Assembly (NCBI GenBank): GCA_036918135.1
Contig: JBALDB010000013.1
Span: 1-60,988, forward strand
Direction of reading: 5' to 3'
DNA length: 60,988 nucleotides
From: Nostoc sp.
Lineage (GTDB): Bacteria > Cyanobacteriota > Cyanobacteriia > Cyanobacteriales > Nostocaceae
Shown here: in pieces, positions 21,130 to 31,938 of the stretch
Layout: each line of letters opens with the position of its first letter
How positions within the stretch are numbered: position 1 is the first letter of the stretch
Program-made: the position numbers and the translations under genes
The notes under the pieces: model-generated
Databases searched by the model: none
Told to the model about the DNA's origin: nothing
What the model saw: the letters and a program-made list of their open reading frames with translations, nothing else

Positions 21130-21909
21130 TTAACCAAAACGTCCTGAAATGTAGTCGCGGGTGCGGGGGTCGAGTGGGTTGTTAAAGATTTGCTCCGTGG
21201 CGCCAAATTCAATCATTTGACCAATGCGACTTTCATCGGTGCTGAAGAAAGCGGTAAAATCAGAGACACGAGCGGCTTGTTGCATGTTGTGGGTAACGAT
21301 CGCAATCGTTAACTCAGACTTCAAACTATGGAGCAGTTCTTCAACTTTCATGGTAGCAATGGGGTCAAGAGCCGAGCATGGCTCATCCATCAGCAGAACT
21401 TTTGGCTTGACTGCTAAAGCACGGGCAATACATAATCTCTGTTGTTGACCACCAGAAAGCCCTAAAGCCGATTTATCCAGCTTATCTTTAACTTCATCCC
21501 AAAGAGCAGCGCTGTCAAGTGCAGATTCGACAATTTCATCTAATTCTACTTTTGGATAGCTACCTGCTATTCTCATACCGTAGGCAACGTTTTCGTAAAT
21601 GCTAATCGGAAAAGGATTCGGTTTCTGGAATACCATACCAATTTGGCGGCGTAATCGATTAATGTTGACACGAGGAGCATAAATATTTTGACCAAAAAAT
21701 TCCACCTCGCCTTCAACTTTTACAGGGCCTTCTAATTCACTAATACGATTCAGAATTTTGATGAAGGTAGATTTGCCACAACCACTAGGGCCGATAATTG
21801 CTGTTACTTGGTTTCGATAAATATCTATTGATATTTTTTCTATTGCTTTAATTTTGCCATAGTAAAAGCTGATATTTTTTACTTTAATAGCTGGAATTAG
21901 GTTACTCAT
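21130..21909 (-). CDS. pstB: Phosphate ABC transporter ATP-binding protein
   Basis: [42 protein letters not shown]. Confidence 0.96.
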   Translation of the reverse strand: MSNLIPAIKVKNISFYYGKIKAIEKISIDIYRNQVTAIIGPSGCGKSTFIKILNRISELEGPVKVEGEVEFFGQNIYAPRVNINRLRRQIGMVFQKPNPFPISIYENVAYGMRIAGSYPKVELDEIVESALDSAALWDEVKDKLDKSALGLSGGQQQRLCIARALAVKPKVLLMDEPCSALDPIATMKVEELLHSLKSELTIAIVTHNMQQAARVSDFTAFFSTDESRIGQMIEFGATEQIFNNPLDPRTRDYISGRFG

Positions 21910-22040
21910 AAATTGTCCAGATGCAAAAATTTATTAAAATTTAATTTAAAAGTTAGAATGAATGATATAGGAGTAATCCCAATCTAAAATTATTAGCATT
22001 CTGAATCTTTTACTAAATTATTTTTGACTTTTAACTTATA

Positions 22041-22922
22041 TCATTTAATTCTTCTTTGGCTGATAACTAAGCGAGAAACAATACTGACAAATAAAATTAA
22101 ACTCAATAAAATTATCGAAGTAGTCCATACTAATTGGCTTTTTTCTGGGTCAGGGTCATTGTATAAGTTAAAAATTAATACTGGTAAAGAAGCTGTTGGA
22201 CTGAACAATCCTTCTGACCAATCTAAACTAAATAAAGCAGTAAAAATTAAGGGCGCTGTTTCACCAGCAGCACGAGCTACAGCTAATAAAATGCCTGTAG
22301 TAATTCCAGGAATTGCGGCAGTGACAACGATACGAAAGGTAGTTTGAAAGCGAGTTCCACCTAAAGCAGCAGAGGCGAGACGTTGAGATGGGGGAATAAG
22401 TTTTAAGGATTCTGCTGTTGTCAACGCAATCACTGGTAGCATAATTACAGCTAAAGCAAACCCACCTGCGATCGCACTAAATCCTTTAGTTGCTAAAACG
22501 ATTATACCGTAAGCAAATATTCCTACAACAATTGAAGGTACGCCTGTGAGAATATTAGTAATCAAACGAACAAGATTAGCAATTGGATTAGTTTGACCAA
22601 ATTCTGCTAATAAAATTCCTGTCATTACGCCTGTGGGAATGCTTAAAAGCGCACCGATGGCTACCATGATTATGGTTCCTACAATAGCATTGCCGAACCC
22701 ATTATCAATTACTGTTTTGACAAAAACTTCCCATTTAATTCCAGATATTCCTCGGACAAAAATTTCCCATAAAATCGATAATAAAGGAATAAGTGCTAGA
22801 CCTGTCAAACCAAAGGCGATCGCATTCATTAAATAAGTAAATACTACTCGCTGTGTTGGTAGTGGACTGCATAATTCTGTCGTAATAGATTCATCATTTT
22901 CAGACTTGATGTAACCACTCAT
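22041..22922 (-). CDS. pstA: Phosphate ABC transporter permease
   Basis: GVPSIVVG and ARAAGETAPL motifs; operon position. Confidence 0.95.
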   Translation of the reverse strand: MSGYIKSENDESITTELCSPLPTQRVVFTYLMNAIAFGLTGLALIPLLSILWEIFVRGISGIKWEVFVKTVIDNGFGNAIVGTIIMVAIGALLSIPTGVMTGILLAEFGQTNPIANLVRLITNILTGVPSIVVGIFAYGIIVLATKGFSAIAGGFALAVIMLPVIALTTAESLKLIPPSQRLASAALGGTRFQTTFRIVVTAAIPGITTGILLAVARAAGETAPLIFTALFSLDWSEGLFSPTASLPVLIFNLYNDPDPEKSQLVWTTSIILLSLILFVSIVSRLVISQRRIK

Positions 22923-22999
22923 ATCTCTTGTAGTTTTTATTAAAAAATAAAATATTTTTCTTATAGCAACTAAATTGATTTAAAATTCTGGATTTTAAA

Positions 23000-24001
23000 T
23001 CAATTATTTTTTTTGGCAAACAACCTGACTAATAATACAGCACCAATATTTACAACTAAAGTCAAGCCAAATAAAATTAATCCCAAATAGCTTAAAGCAC
23101 CAATATGTAATCCTGGTTCAGCTTCAGCAAATTCATTAGCTAATACAGAGGGAATTGTATAAGCCGGATCGAGTAAAGAAGCACTAATTTGGGCAGAGTT
23201 ACCAATAACCATAGTGACAGCCATTGTTTCACCTAAAGCACGTCCTAAAGCGAGCATTGCTGCACTGACTATTCCTGAAAATCCAGTTCTTAGCAAGACT
23301 CGAAAAATTGTTTCCCAACGAGTACCACCTAAAGCCATAGATGCGCTACGTAATTCTTTAGGTATAGCCAGTAATACATCACGAGTAATCGCTGCTATTG
23401 TTGGCAAAATCATGATGGCTAGAATAATTCCAGCAGTCAACATATTTGTACCAACAGGGTCTTGTGTATTAAATAATGGTATCGCTTTCAAAGTGCTACC
23501 TAGCCATTTTTCTAAGGGTTCCAAAACTGGAATAAAAACAAAAATAGCCCATAAACCAATAATGACACTGGGAATTGCTGCGATTAATTCCACAACAAAT
23601 GCTAAGGTTATTTGTAGCGATACAGGTAAGAAATTTTCACTTGTTACTAATGCAACTGCTATTCCCACTGGTATAGCTAATAAAATAGCGATCGCACTAC
23701 TTACTAAAGTTCCATAAATATAAGGTAATGCACCAAAAATTCCATTACCTGTATCCCAATCTTGACCCCATAAAAAACCCACTCCAAACTGTTTAATTGC
23801 TGGCAAAGCTTCTTGGGAGATTACCCAACTCATTAAAAATAATACTGCAAAAGTAACTACACCAAAAAAATATACTAGTCGTGTAAATCCTCGATTAAAC
23901 CAGAAATTTCTGCTACTGATAACTGTTAAATTTAGATTTCCATCATCTCTATTTGATTGATGTGATGAATCTTTATCGGCTGCTTCTGATGAATTTGTCA
24001 T
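23000..24001 (-). CDS. pstC: Phosphate ABC transporter permease
   Basis: AAIPSVIIGLW and GRALGETMAV motifs. Confidence 0.95.
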   Translation of the reverse strand: MTNSSEAADKDSSHQSNRDDGNLNLTVISSRNFWFNRGFTRLVYFFGVVTFAVLFLMSWVISQEALPAIKQFGVGFLWGQDWDTGNGIFGALPYIYGTLVSSAIAILLAIPVGIAVALVTSENFLPVSLQITLAFVVELIAAIPSVIIGLWAIFVFIPVLEPLEKWLGSTLKAIPLFNTQDPVGTNMLTAGIILAIMILPTIAAITRDVLLAIPKELRSASMALGGTRWETIFRVLLRTGFSGIVSAAMLALGRALGETMAVTMVIGNSAQISASLLDPAYTIPSVLANEFAEAEPGLHIGALSYLGLILFGLTLVVNIGAVLLVRLFAKKNN

Positions 24002-24154
24002 AACAAATAAAATAGAATATATTTTGTGTGTGGTTATAATAAATAACCATTCTTGTCTGCTTCAAATGAAAGCTAGTAAAACAATACTAAAAACAAAATA
24101 AGTAAGTCTATTAATTCAGACTTTTTAAATTTATCTTTATCTTAATAAAAAGCA

Positions 24155-24175
24155 TTTCCAGGTAATACCTGGAAA
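24155..24175 (-). terminator. Stem-loop downstream of pstS
   Basis: TTTCCAGGTA-A-TACCTGGAAA followed on the minus strand by a T-rich tract. Confidence 0.55.
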
Positions 24176-24264
24176 CGATATTTACCAGAATTTTTAAGGG
24201 TTTTGCTTAAGTTTACGCTAATAGCAAACAGCTTAATTTTCTGAAAAAGTAGTAAGATTAGTAA

Positions 24265-25308
24265 TTAAGGCTTGACAGTGCTATTGACTGTCTGAAGTAC
24301 ACGATTTGCCACATCAGATGGAATTTTAGTGTAGTTCAGGTCATCATTATACTGTTGACCATCTTGCAATACCCAATTTATCCATTTCTTGATTGCATCA
24401 GATTTGGCTGCATTAGCATACTTTTTGTAAACCATCATCCAAGTCAGACCAACAATCGGATAACCTTGTCCTGGATCGCCTACAAAAACACGGTAATTAT
24501 TTGGAAAACTCACAGTAGACAAAGCTGCATTTGCAGATTGTAAGGAAGGAGCAACAAATTCTCCTGCCTTATTTTGGATCTGTGCTGATTTTAGGTTATT
24601 TTTAAGAGCGTAAGCATATTCAACATAACCAATAGAGCCAGGGGTACGAGCTACTAAAGCAGCTACGCCAGGATTACCTTTACCTTTGAGGACATTTGGA
24701 AGAGTCCATTTTGGTGTAGTACTGGCTCCAACTCTGCCTTTAAAATAACTACTGGTTGCGCTCAAGTGATTAGTAAAAATAAAAGTTGTACCGCTACCAT
24801 CGGCGCGAACAACAAATTTAATTGGTTGATTTGGTAGATTGACACCTGGATTATCAGCTTTAATTTTCGCGTCATTCCAATTGGTAATTTGACCTGAAAA
24901 AATTCCTGGTAACGTATTGCGGGATAATTTAAGATTGTTAACGCCTGGAAGATTATAAACTACAGAAACAGCACCGCCTGCTGTAGGTACTAAGATTACA
25001 CCGTTTTTGACTTTTGCAATTTCATCATCTTTCATTGCAGCATCACTACCACCAAAGTCAACGGTTCCAGCAGTGACTTGACGAATACCGCCGCCACTAC
25101 CAATTGCTTGATAGTTGATTTTCAAATCTGGATATTTCTTTTTAACTTCACGAGCATACCTTTCATAAAGTGGAGCCGGAAAAGTTGCTCCTGCACCATT
25201 GAGGGTTTGAGCTTGGGCGATCGCCCCAAACATTGGACTAAGTGCAACAGAAGTTGTCACTATTGAAGTAGCAATGACACGATTCAAGATGGTGGTCGAA
25301 AAAATCAT
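24265..25308 (-). CDS. pstS: Phosphate-binding periplasmic protein
   Basis: Signal peptide; GAGATFP, GSGGG, RADGSGTT and YPI motifs. Confidence 0.96.
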   Translation of the reverse strand: MIFSTTILNRVIATSIVTTSVALSPMFGAIAQAQTLNGAGATFPAPLYERYAREVKKKYPDLKINYQAIGSGGGIRQVTAGTVDFGGSDAAMKDDEIAKVKNGVILVPTAGGAVSVVYNLPGVNNLKLSRNTLPGIFSGQITNWNDAKIKADNPGVNLPNQPIKFVVRADGSGTTFIFTNHLSATSSYFKGRVGASTTPKWTLPNVLKGKGNPGVAALVARTPGSIGYVEYAYALKNNLKSAQIQNKAGEFVAPSLQSANAALSTVSFPNNYRVFVGDPGQGYPIVGLTWMMVYKKYANAAKSDAIKKWINWVLQDGQQYNDDLNYTKIPSDVANRVLQTVNSTVKP

Positions 25309-25373
25309 ATTACCTCTGATTCAAGGAATATTTTACTGCTGTAATAACAACCTTAAATAAGGTACATTTCTTC

Positions 25374-25414
25374 TGGTTAAAATTAGTTTAACTATAGATA
25401 AACATCAAGTTAAT
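25374..25414 (-). promoter_or_regulatory. Pho box (SphR/PhoB site) upstream of pstS
   Basis: Minus-strand 8-mers ATTAACTT, GTTTATCT, GTTAAACT, TTTAACCA at exact 11-bp period, resembling the PyTTAAPyPyW consensus. Confidence 0.72.
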
Positions 25415-25665
25415 TTATATTTAAAATTTAATTTTAAATACTACTTTAGATGATTAATGTCTAATTTAATCTATATAAAAAATCAGTAAATTTTTAATAA
25501 TTTATTTTAGTTAAATAGCACAATTTAAAAATTGTCTCTATGGGATAAAACAGATAAACATCTGTATTTATTTGTGTAACCTGCCTGAAGCCGTTGCGTG
25601 TAAGTCTTAATTTTTTGAGTAAGCGATCGCCCTGCAAAATTACCCTTAAACCTAGCAGACTAGGA

Positions 25666-26433
25666 TCAAAAATGGCTCAAATAGCCACCGTCAACTGCTA
25701 AAACCTGACCTGTAATGTAAGATGCACCTGGAGAAGCAAAAAATACAACTGCACTCGCAATTTCTTGTGGGTTTCCCCAACGACTGAGAGAAGTTCGATT
25801 TTTCAACCATTCAGCAACTTTCGGATCGGCAGCTGCATCTGCATTACTCTCTGTCGCAAAGAAGCCTGGAGCAACTGCATTCACGGTGATACCAAATGCC
25901 CCAAGTTCGGCGGCGAGAGTACGCGTCAGGGCTTCAAGTCCTCCTTTGGCAGTCGTATAAACTGCATCTCCCGCATCTGCAATTTGTCCCGCAATCGATG
26001 TAATATTGATGATTCGCCCTTCACCCTTAGGCATCATCAACCGTGCAGCTTCCCGTGACAAATTGAACGGCGCAATCAAATCGGCATTAATCAACCGACG
26101 CACTGCATCCATTTCAAACTCGAAAAACTTGCGGCGATCGCGCATCCCAACGTTATTGACGAGAATATCCAAACAGCCATGGTTTTCTTGAATTCCAACA
26201 AATGCGTTTTGAACCGCGACTTCATCCGTCACATCAAACGGTAATGAAGAGACTGAACCACCGATTGACTCAATAATTGCAACTGCCTGATTGAGGCGTT
26301 CGGGGTTTCGTCCATTGACGATGACGCACGCACCAGCTTTGGCAAGTAATTTGGAAATTTCCAGTCCTAAACCTTGTCCTGCTCCCGTTACTAGGGCAAC
26401 TTTTCCATTTAATGAAAATTCGGATAGCGTCAC
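25666..26433 (-). CDS. SDR oxidoreductase (gluconate 5-dehydrogenase-like)
   Basis: TGAGQGLG, NNVG, YTTAK, VNAVAPG and VDGG motifs. Confidence 0.9.
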   Translation of the reverse strand: MTLSEFSLNGKVALVTGAGQGLGLEISKLLAKAGACVIVNGRNPERLNQAVAIIESIGGSVSSLPFDVTDEVAVQNAFVGIQENHGCLDILVNNVGMRDRRKFFEFEMDAVRRLINADLIAPFNLSREAARLMMPKGEGRIINITSIAGQIADAGDAVYTTAKGGLEALTRTLAAELGAFGITVNAVAPGFFATESNADAAADPKVAEWLKNRTSLSRWGNPQEIASAVVFFASPGASYITGQVLAVDGGYLSHF

Positions 26434-26546
26434 AACAATTACTTTTCGAGATCCTTCTCACAGATGTTATCGATTTTTTGCGCTCCAGCGCAATCAAACA
26501 ATTTAATCTTTTATCAAGATACGCAATATTAACCGATTGTTTGCTG

Positions 26547-27232
26547 CTAATAAATATATGGAAATAAACGCTTGGTTTGCTGAGAATAAGAGTGATATTC
26601 CTCACCAAACCGTTCTTCTAACATCTGCTCTTCAATTGCAATTCGGTTACCAAACCAAACAACACAGAGCATTAACAATAGCCCAGAACCCCATAAGCTC
26701 TGTAACATGAGGCAAAAGCCAAGAAACAAAAGAATATAACTCGTATAGATGGGATGTCTAATGAAACTGTAGATACCGTCAGTAACTAACTGATGATCTG
26801 ATTTAATTGTAAGACGGTCAAAGAATTTTCCTAAAGTTTTGATAGCAACCTGACTCACAAGGATTGCAGAACAAATTAAGGCAATTCCAGTCACAGTTAA
26901 ACATTGATCGACAGCTGCATTCAATGTCTGCTGTTGAAGTGAAAAGGTGTATAACGTTAGCCAGTGTACGCTCAGTAAACCAACGATCGTAATCACCGAC
27001 GCTACACGTCCAGAAGTAGCTTGAACTTGGCGATCCTCTTGACGACTTGCTAGCTGACCATATCGAACAACTCGCCAAACAGTTCCTAAAAAGAAAACAA
27101 AATAGCTAATTGATAAAAAATTACTCTCCAGTTTCCTGCAACTCCAAATTGTGTAGCTGGAATGATAATCAACACAGCGATAACAGCTAGCAAAGCAAAA
27201 ATCAATCCTACAGGTTTCAGGAACGCCGCCAT
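26547..27232 (-). pseudogene. Frameshifted isoprenylcysteine carboxyl methyltransferase (ICMT/PEMT) family gene
   Basis: C-terminal LVTDGIYSFIRHPIY and EEQML motifs; one extra base in the A6 run at 27115-27120 would fuse ORFs 27086-27313 and 26547-26996. Confidence 0.8.
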
Positions 27233-27353
27233 GAACGCTAACTCCTTTGCAGTGAAGTATGTAGATTTAAAACGGACGGTGAACATTGGCAAACAGGCTA
27301 AGACTGCTGTCACACAAACAAATTGAAGCCTTTGTACAATTGTTATTCTAGCC

Positions 27354-28292
27354 TCAACTTAATTTCAAAACATCACTCATAGTTGCACAGTAATTTGACA
27401 AGCCAAAACTGCTAGGATTAACCGCATTTTCATAAGTAAAATGCCGATAGTTCATGCAAAACCTATCCCAAGCAGCCATACGAATGTGGAACAAAACAAT
27501 AATCAAATTTGCTAAAGCTATAGATACAGGAATGCGAAAGTAAATCTTTTTACCCAAATAAGCACAAACTTCTTCGACTGCTTGGTTAGCAGTTAATTTT
27601 GCTTGACCTAAAACCAATCTACGTGGTTCATCCTTTTGAGGAGGATGTTCAATTAAATATTTTACTACAGTTGCAATGTCTCGGCCGTGGATAAAATGAA
27701 AACTACCATCTGCATTCAGAAAGCGAATCAAATTAATATATTTAGTAACTTCTCTAATACCAGATGTCACAGCGGAATAGGGTTTATTAGCATCACCACC
27801 CAAAACTATAGTTGGAAAAACTGTAGTGATTTTGGGTGCTATTTCTAATTTTTCTTTTTGATGTAAGCACTCATATTTAGAACGAATATAATCTGTACCG
27901 ATATCCCCAGCTTCTTTTAATGGTTGATTGTGACTATCCAAAACGCTAGCTGTGGAAAAATAAATTACCTGTTGGCATTTATTTGGGTCTAGCGACTTCA
28001 TCAAGTCTATAGTTTTGTTGACATTAATTTCAAATGTCTGCTCGCCACCCCAAGCTGTGGCGGTGAGTACGGCTGTATCAATTGTTGATAGCAAATCAGC
28101 AAACTGACTAACGTTTTGCATATCACCTTGCAAAACATTAATGCCAGAACGTGCGTGAGTATCAATTTGTAGTTTATTGGGATTTCTAACTAGCAAAAAC
28201 AGCTCGTAATCTGTTTCTTGAATTAAGGCTTCTGTTAAATAATGACCTACACAACCACTTGCACCAGTCACTAAAATTCGTTTCTGGCTCAT
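27354..28292 (-). CDS. NAD-dependent epimerase/dehydratase family protein
   Basis: TGASGCVG and YIRSK motifs; directly downstream of hemE. Confidence 0.9.
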   Translation of the reverse strand: MSQKRILVTGASGCVGHYLTEALIQETDYELFLLVRNPNKLQIDTHARSGINVLQGDMQNVSQFADLLSTIDTAVLTATAWGGEQTFEINVNKTIDLMKSLDPNKCQQVIYFSTASVLDSHNQPLKEAGDIGTDYIRSKYECLHQKEKLEIAPKITTVFPTIVLGGDANKPYSAVTSGIREVTKYINLIRFLNADGSFHFIHGRDIATVVKYLIEHPPQKDEPRRLVLGQAKLTANQAVEEVCAYLGKKIYFRIPVSIALANLIIVLFHIRMAAWDRFCMNYRHFTYENAVNPSSFGLSNYCATMSDVLKLS

Positions 28293-28310
28293 AAAGAATT
28301 TATAAAAATT

Positions 28311-28474
28311 TAGGAGTTAAAACTTAAGAGTTAAGAATAAAGTTAAAAGTTCCAACTTAGGGATTAAAAGTAAAGTTAGGAATTAAGAGTAAGGAGTTAA
28401 GAATAAAAAATAACTTTGCACGTTGCAATCGTTAAGTTAATACTTCATAACTCATAACTCATAACTCATAACTC
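28311..28474. repeat. STRR heptamer arrays (GAGTTAA-type and ACTCATA)
   Basis: Degenerate (A/G)GAGTTA units followed by tandem ACTCATA. Confidence 0.65.
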
Positions 28475-29535
28475 TATCCTTTAACTCCTACCAGATTCAG
28501 TTCTTTTGCAGTTTCAAAGAAGAAGGCGACATTTTCTTCTGGAGTTTCTGGTAAAACACCATGGCCGAGATTGAGAATGTGACCCCAATTGCCAGCTTTG
28601 CGAACGGTATCATAAATGCGATCGCGAATAAACTGTTTAGAGCCAAATAACACGCCTGGATCAAGATTTCCTTGGACTTTGACTTGTTTGCCCAATCTTG
28701 CCCGTGCATCTGCCATATCCACTGCCCAGTCTACAGTAACGATATCTGCACCAGATTTACCCATTCTTTCCAACACACCTGCACTACCGCTAACTAATAA
28801 AATCAACGGTGTATCGGGGTGGGTTTGCTTAACTTGCTGGAAAACTCTCTGCTGATAAGGCAAAGCAAAGGTATCATAATCTTGAGGACTTAATTGACCC
28901 GCCCAAGAATCGAACATTTGTACAACTTGGGCACCAGAGTCAATCTGGTAACGAGCGTAGATGGCGATCGCATCTGCTAATTTAGCTAACAGTTGATGCA
29001 GTATCGTCGGGTCAGAAAATGCCATGTTTTTGATGATGGAATAGGTTTTAGAACCTTTTCCTTCCACTGCATAAGCTGCTAACGTCCACGGCGCACCGAC
29101 AAAGCCCAATACCGTTGATTTATCGCCTACTTCCGAGCGCAACGCCTCCAAAATAGTTTTGATAAAAGGTAGAGCTGCTTCTGGTTCTAGGGGACGCAGG
29201 TTATCAATTTGTTCTTGAGTGCGGAGAGGCGAGTTAATGATTGGCCCTTTACCTTCGGCAATATCCATCTCAATGCCCAAACCAGGTAATGGGGTAACAA
29301 TATCAGAAAATAAAATTACTCCATCTGGCTGGAAAGCTCTCCAGGGTTGCAAAGAAACTTCGATTGCAACTTCTGGGATTTCTGAGCGATCGCGAAACGA
29401 AGGATACTTTTCTCTTAAGTCTCGATATGCTTTCATATATCGTCCCGCTTGTCGCATCATCCATACAGGGGGACGATCTACTACTTCACCACGAGCAGCC
29501 CGTAACAGATGAGGAGTTGTTAACGAAACACCCAT
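28474..29535 (-). CDS. hemE: Uroporphyrinogen decarboxylase
   Basis: [21 protein letters not shown] and NLGHG motifs. Confidence 0.97.
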   Translation of the reverse strand: MGVSLTTPHLLRAARGEVVDRPPVWMMRQAGRYMKAYRDLREKYPSFRDRSEIPEVAIEVSLQPWRAFQPDGVILFSDIVTPLPGLGIEMDIAEGKGPIINSPLRTQEQIDNLRPLEPEAALPFIKTILEALRSEVGDKSTVLGFVGAPWTLAAYAVEGKGSKTYSIIKNMAFSDPTILHQLLAKLADAIAIYARYQIDSGAQVVQMFDSWAGQLSPQDYDTFALPYQQRVFQQVKQTHPDTPLILLVSGSAGVLERMGKSGADIVTVDWAVDMADARARLGKQVKVQGNLDPGVLFGSKQFIRDRIYDTVRKAGNWGHILNLGHGVLPETPEENVAFFFETAKELNLVGVKG

Positions 29536-29743
29536 TTGATCACTTCATCCTAAGTCACTTTTTTATGCCACTGTTTAGCTTATCATTCTGGGATTACGCT
29601 TTTTCAGAATAAAAGGGGACTGGGAATTGGGAATTGGCAACTGGCGACTGGGAAATAGGATAAAACAGGAATCAATATTTAATTGGGCATAGGGTATTGT
29701 GCATGGCGCATTGAGCATTAGTTATTAATTGTTCTTCCTCACT

Positions 29744-29811
29744 TCCCCAGTCCCCAGTTCCCAATCCCCAATCCCCAGTCCCCAGTCCCTAATCCCCAGT
29801 CCCCAGTCCCC
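29744..29811 (+). repeat. STRR1 heptamer array (CCCCAGT/CCCCAAT)
   Basis: About 9 tandem units; complementary degenerate array at ~29616-29655. Confidence 0.85.
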
Positions 29812-29815
29812 TAAC

Positions 29816-30556
29816 ATGCAAACTCACTCTAACAGTCCCAATCGTCTTACATCTGCTAATAAACAGCCTAACCTAAGAAAGTTTTTGATTCCGCCATCGC
29901 AGCGACAGAAGTTCTTTTTTCAGTTTACCTTAATGACTGCAATCGGATGGGTTGTTGGTGGCGTTGCCAGTATCGCTTTAGAGAAAATGATTCTCCAACA
30001 CCTCTCGCTAGAGTCGCAAACATGGAGTATTTTGGTTAGATGTCTCAGTAATGTTGTGTTTGCGCTGATTTTAGCCGCAGATCAAGCTGTTGTCCTCTAT
30101 CGATATTTACCTGGTTGCCAATGGGTATTTGCTACTAGTGTTGGTTGGTTAATTGCCAACGGTGTTTCTACAGCTTGGATTAACAATATTTCATCTATTG
30201 CCTCATCGTTCAATGAAAGTTTATCTCCCGAACAGACTTTTATTTTGGGATTTCTATCTGCGATCGCTTATGTTATTTCTGGTATTTGGCTAGGCATTTC
30301 CCAATGGCTGGTATTGAGACGATATACAGCAAGCGCTTGGTGGTGGAATTTTTTACCTTCTATCTCTTTCTTTTTAATTACTATTTTGGTTTGGTTGCTT
30401 TTTCTTGAGCAAAATTTCATTCCAGAAGCAAACCGTAATTTCATTTTGTATTGGAGTGGACAAGCATTTACAGCAATCATTCTCGGAGCTATACCAGCAA
30501 TTGGCTTGTGTACTTTGAAAAAACACTCACCTCGCAAAATTAAAATTACTCGATGA
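29816..30556 (+). CDS. Hypothetical integral membrane protein
   Basis: About 6 hydrophobic segments, QWLVLRR motif; ATG at 29816 preferred because the upstream extension is translated STRR. Confidence 0.75.
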   Translation: MQTHSNSPNRLTSANKQPNLRKFLIPPSQRQKFFFQFTLMTAIGWVVGGVASIALEKMILQHLSLESQTWSILVRCLSNVVFALILAADQAVVLYRYLPGCQWVFATSVGWLIANGVSTAWINNISSIASSFNESLSPEQTFILGFLSAIAYVISGIWLGISQWLVLRRYTASAWWWNFLPSISFFLITILVWLLFLEQNFIPEANRNFILYWSGQAFTAIILGAIPAIGLCTLKKHSPRKIKITR

Positions 30557-30645
30557 TTTTTCCGATCGTAATTCTTACACTAAATCTCTTGCAAAACTAT
30601 TTTATGGTATTGTGTTAGCCCTTAATTTTAACTTGCTCTCCTGAA

Positions 30646-30786
30646 ATGCGAATTGAACAATGTCACCCCCGTCAACTTGATGCCATTATTCGTCTTTCGC
30701 TTCGGGCATGGAGTCCGGTTTTTGATTCGATTCACAAAGCAATGGACGTTGATGTTTACCCCTCATTCTATGCCGATGATGATTAA
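30646..30786 (+). pseudogene. Truncated GNAT-like acetyltransferase N-terminus
   Basis: MRIEQCHPRQLDAIIRLSLRAWSPVFDSIHKAMDVDVYPSFYADDD*, ending where a MITE half begins. Confidence 0.6.
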
Positions 30787-30857
30787 CTAGACTAAAACTC
30801 TTTTTCCTCCTGCCTCCTGCCTTACCTCAACGATAAATTTTCCTACCTACCTACTTA
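30782..30857 (+). mobile_element. Right half of TAAGTA-ended MITE (family A)
   Basis: Matches 57581-57698 (ATTAACTAG.CTAAAAC...CTCAACGATAAATTTTCC.ACCTACCTACTTA). Confidence 0.78.
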
Positions 30858-30866
30858 GTATGATTA

Positions 30867-31766
30867 TCAATTATTAATCGTCAATATGCCCTCATCCCCG
30901 TCTAAAGTTGCTTCTACACCCACTGGTAAGGCTGCATTGGGAGTATTATGACCAAAAGGCAAATCAGAGACAATCGGAATGCCTAAATCACCCAAGCGAT
31001 CGCGCAAAACTTCTTCTATAGTAAAGCTAGGCACGTTTGGCGGGGCTTCACAACGAGTGAAACCGCCTAAAGCAATGCCACAAACTTTTGCTAAAGCACC
31101 ACTTAAACGCCACTGTGTGAGCATTCTATCGATGCGGTAAGGTGCTTCTGTAACATCCTCAAGCGCCAAAATCACGCCATCAAAATTTGGTTGGATTGGC
31201 GTACTTAAAAGATGAGTTGCTACTGTCAAATTTCCTGGTAACAAAATGCCACTCGCCATCCCACCACCCCAACCACAACCTTTAATAGAAGCGACAGGAC
31301 GACCTTCCACCCAATCAAACAATCGCTCGATTGACCAATCTGGCTCGTCTGCAAGAGTTGTCAATACAGGAGCATGAACGCCGGAAATACCCACGTTAAA
31401 AAGGCTCCACAAAAGGGCGGTGATGTCAGAAAAACCAATCAACCACTTAGGAAGTTCTGAGTTTTGTTGCCAATGCCAATTTTCTAAGATGCGGGTGCTA
31501 CCGAAACCACCTCTGGCGCAGAGAATACCGCAACAATCTGGGTCTTGCCATGCTGCTGCTAGCTGGTTGCAACGCTTTTCATCTTTACCTGCTAAATATC
31601 CCCATTTATCATCTATCTTAGGACTGATTTCTACTTGGTAGCCACGCGATCGCCAAATTTCTATGCTTCGCCCAAACGCCTTAAATTCTCGTAAAGCACC
31701 ACTAGGAGCAATGACTCGTAGCAAGTCACCGGATTTTAAGGGCGGTGGTAAGATTTTGGATGGCAT
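30867..31766 (-). CDS. ldcA: LD-carboxypeptidase (S66 family)
   Basis: RGGFG, GFSDIT (Ser), LEDV (Glu) and FGH (His) motifs. Confidence 0.92.
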   Translation of the reverse strand: MPSKILPPPLKSGDLLRVIAPSGALREFKAFGRSIEIWRSRGYQVEISPKIDDKWGYLAGKDEKRCNQLAAAWQDPDCCGILCARGGFGSTRILENWHWQQNSELPKWLIGFSDITALLWSLFNVGISGVHAPVLTTLADEPDWSIERLFDWVEGRPVASIKGCGWGGGMASGILLPGNLTVATHLLSTPIQPNFDGVILALEDVTEAPYRIDRMLTQWRLSGALAKVCGIALGGFTRCEAPPNVPSFTIEEVLRDRLGDLGIPIVSDLPFGHNTPNAALPVGVEATLDGDEGILTINN

Positions 31767-31938
31767 GAAAAAAGTTAAGAATTAAGAATAAAGACTATAA
31801 CCTATAACTCCGATAAAATTTTGTTGGATGATTTTCAAAGCGATCGTTAAGATGCCGTTTTCTCGTTGCGCGCTGCAAAGCCTGTATTGGTGAAAGCGCT
31901 AGCCCCACTTGTGGCACGCAGTCAGTAAGAGGGCAGTA

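Noticed and set aside
27354..27370. C-terminal truncation of the epimerase
   Set aside because: At most a few residues could be missing; cannot be judged without orthologues
29729..29815. N-terminal SPIPSPQ extension
   Set aside because: Translated CCCCAGT heptamers; ATG at 29816 is the better start
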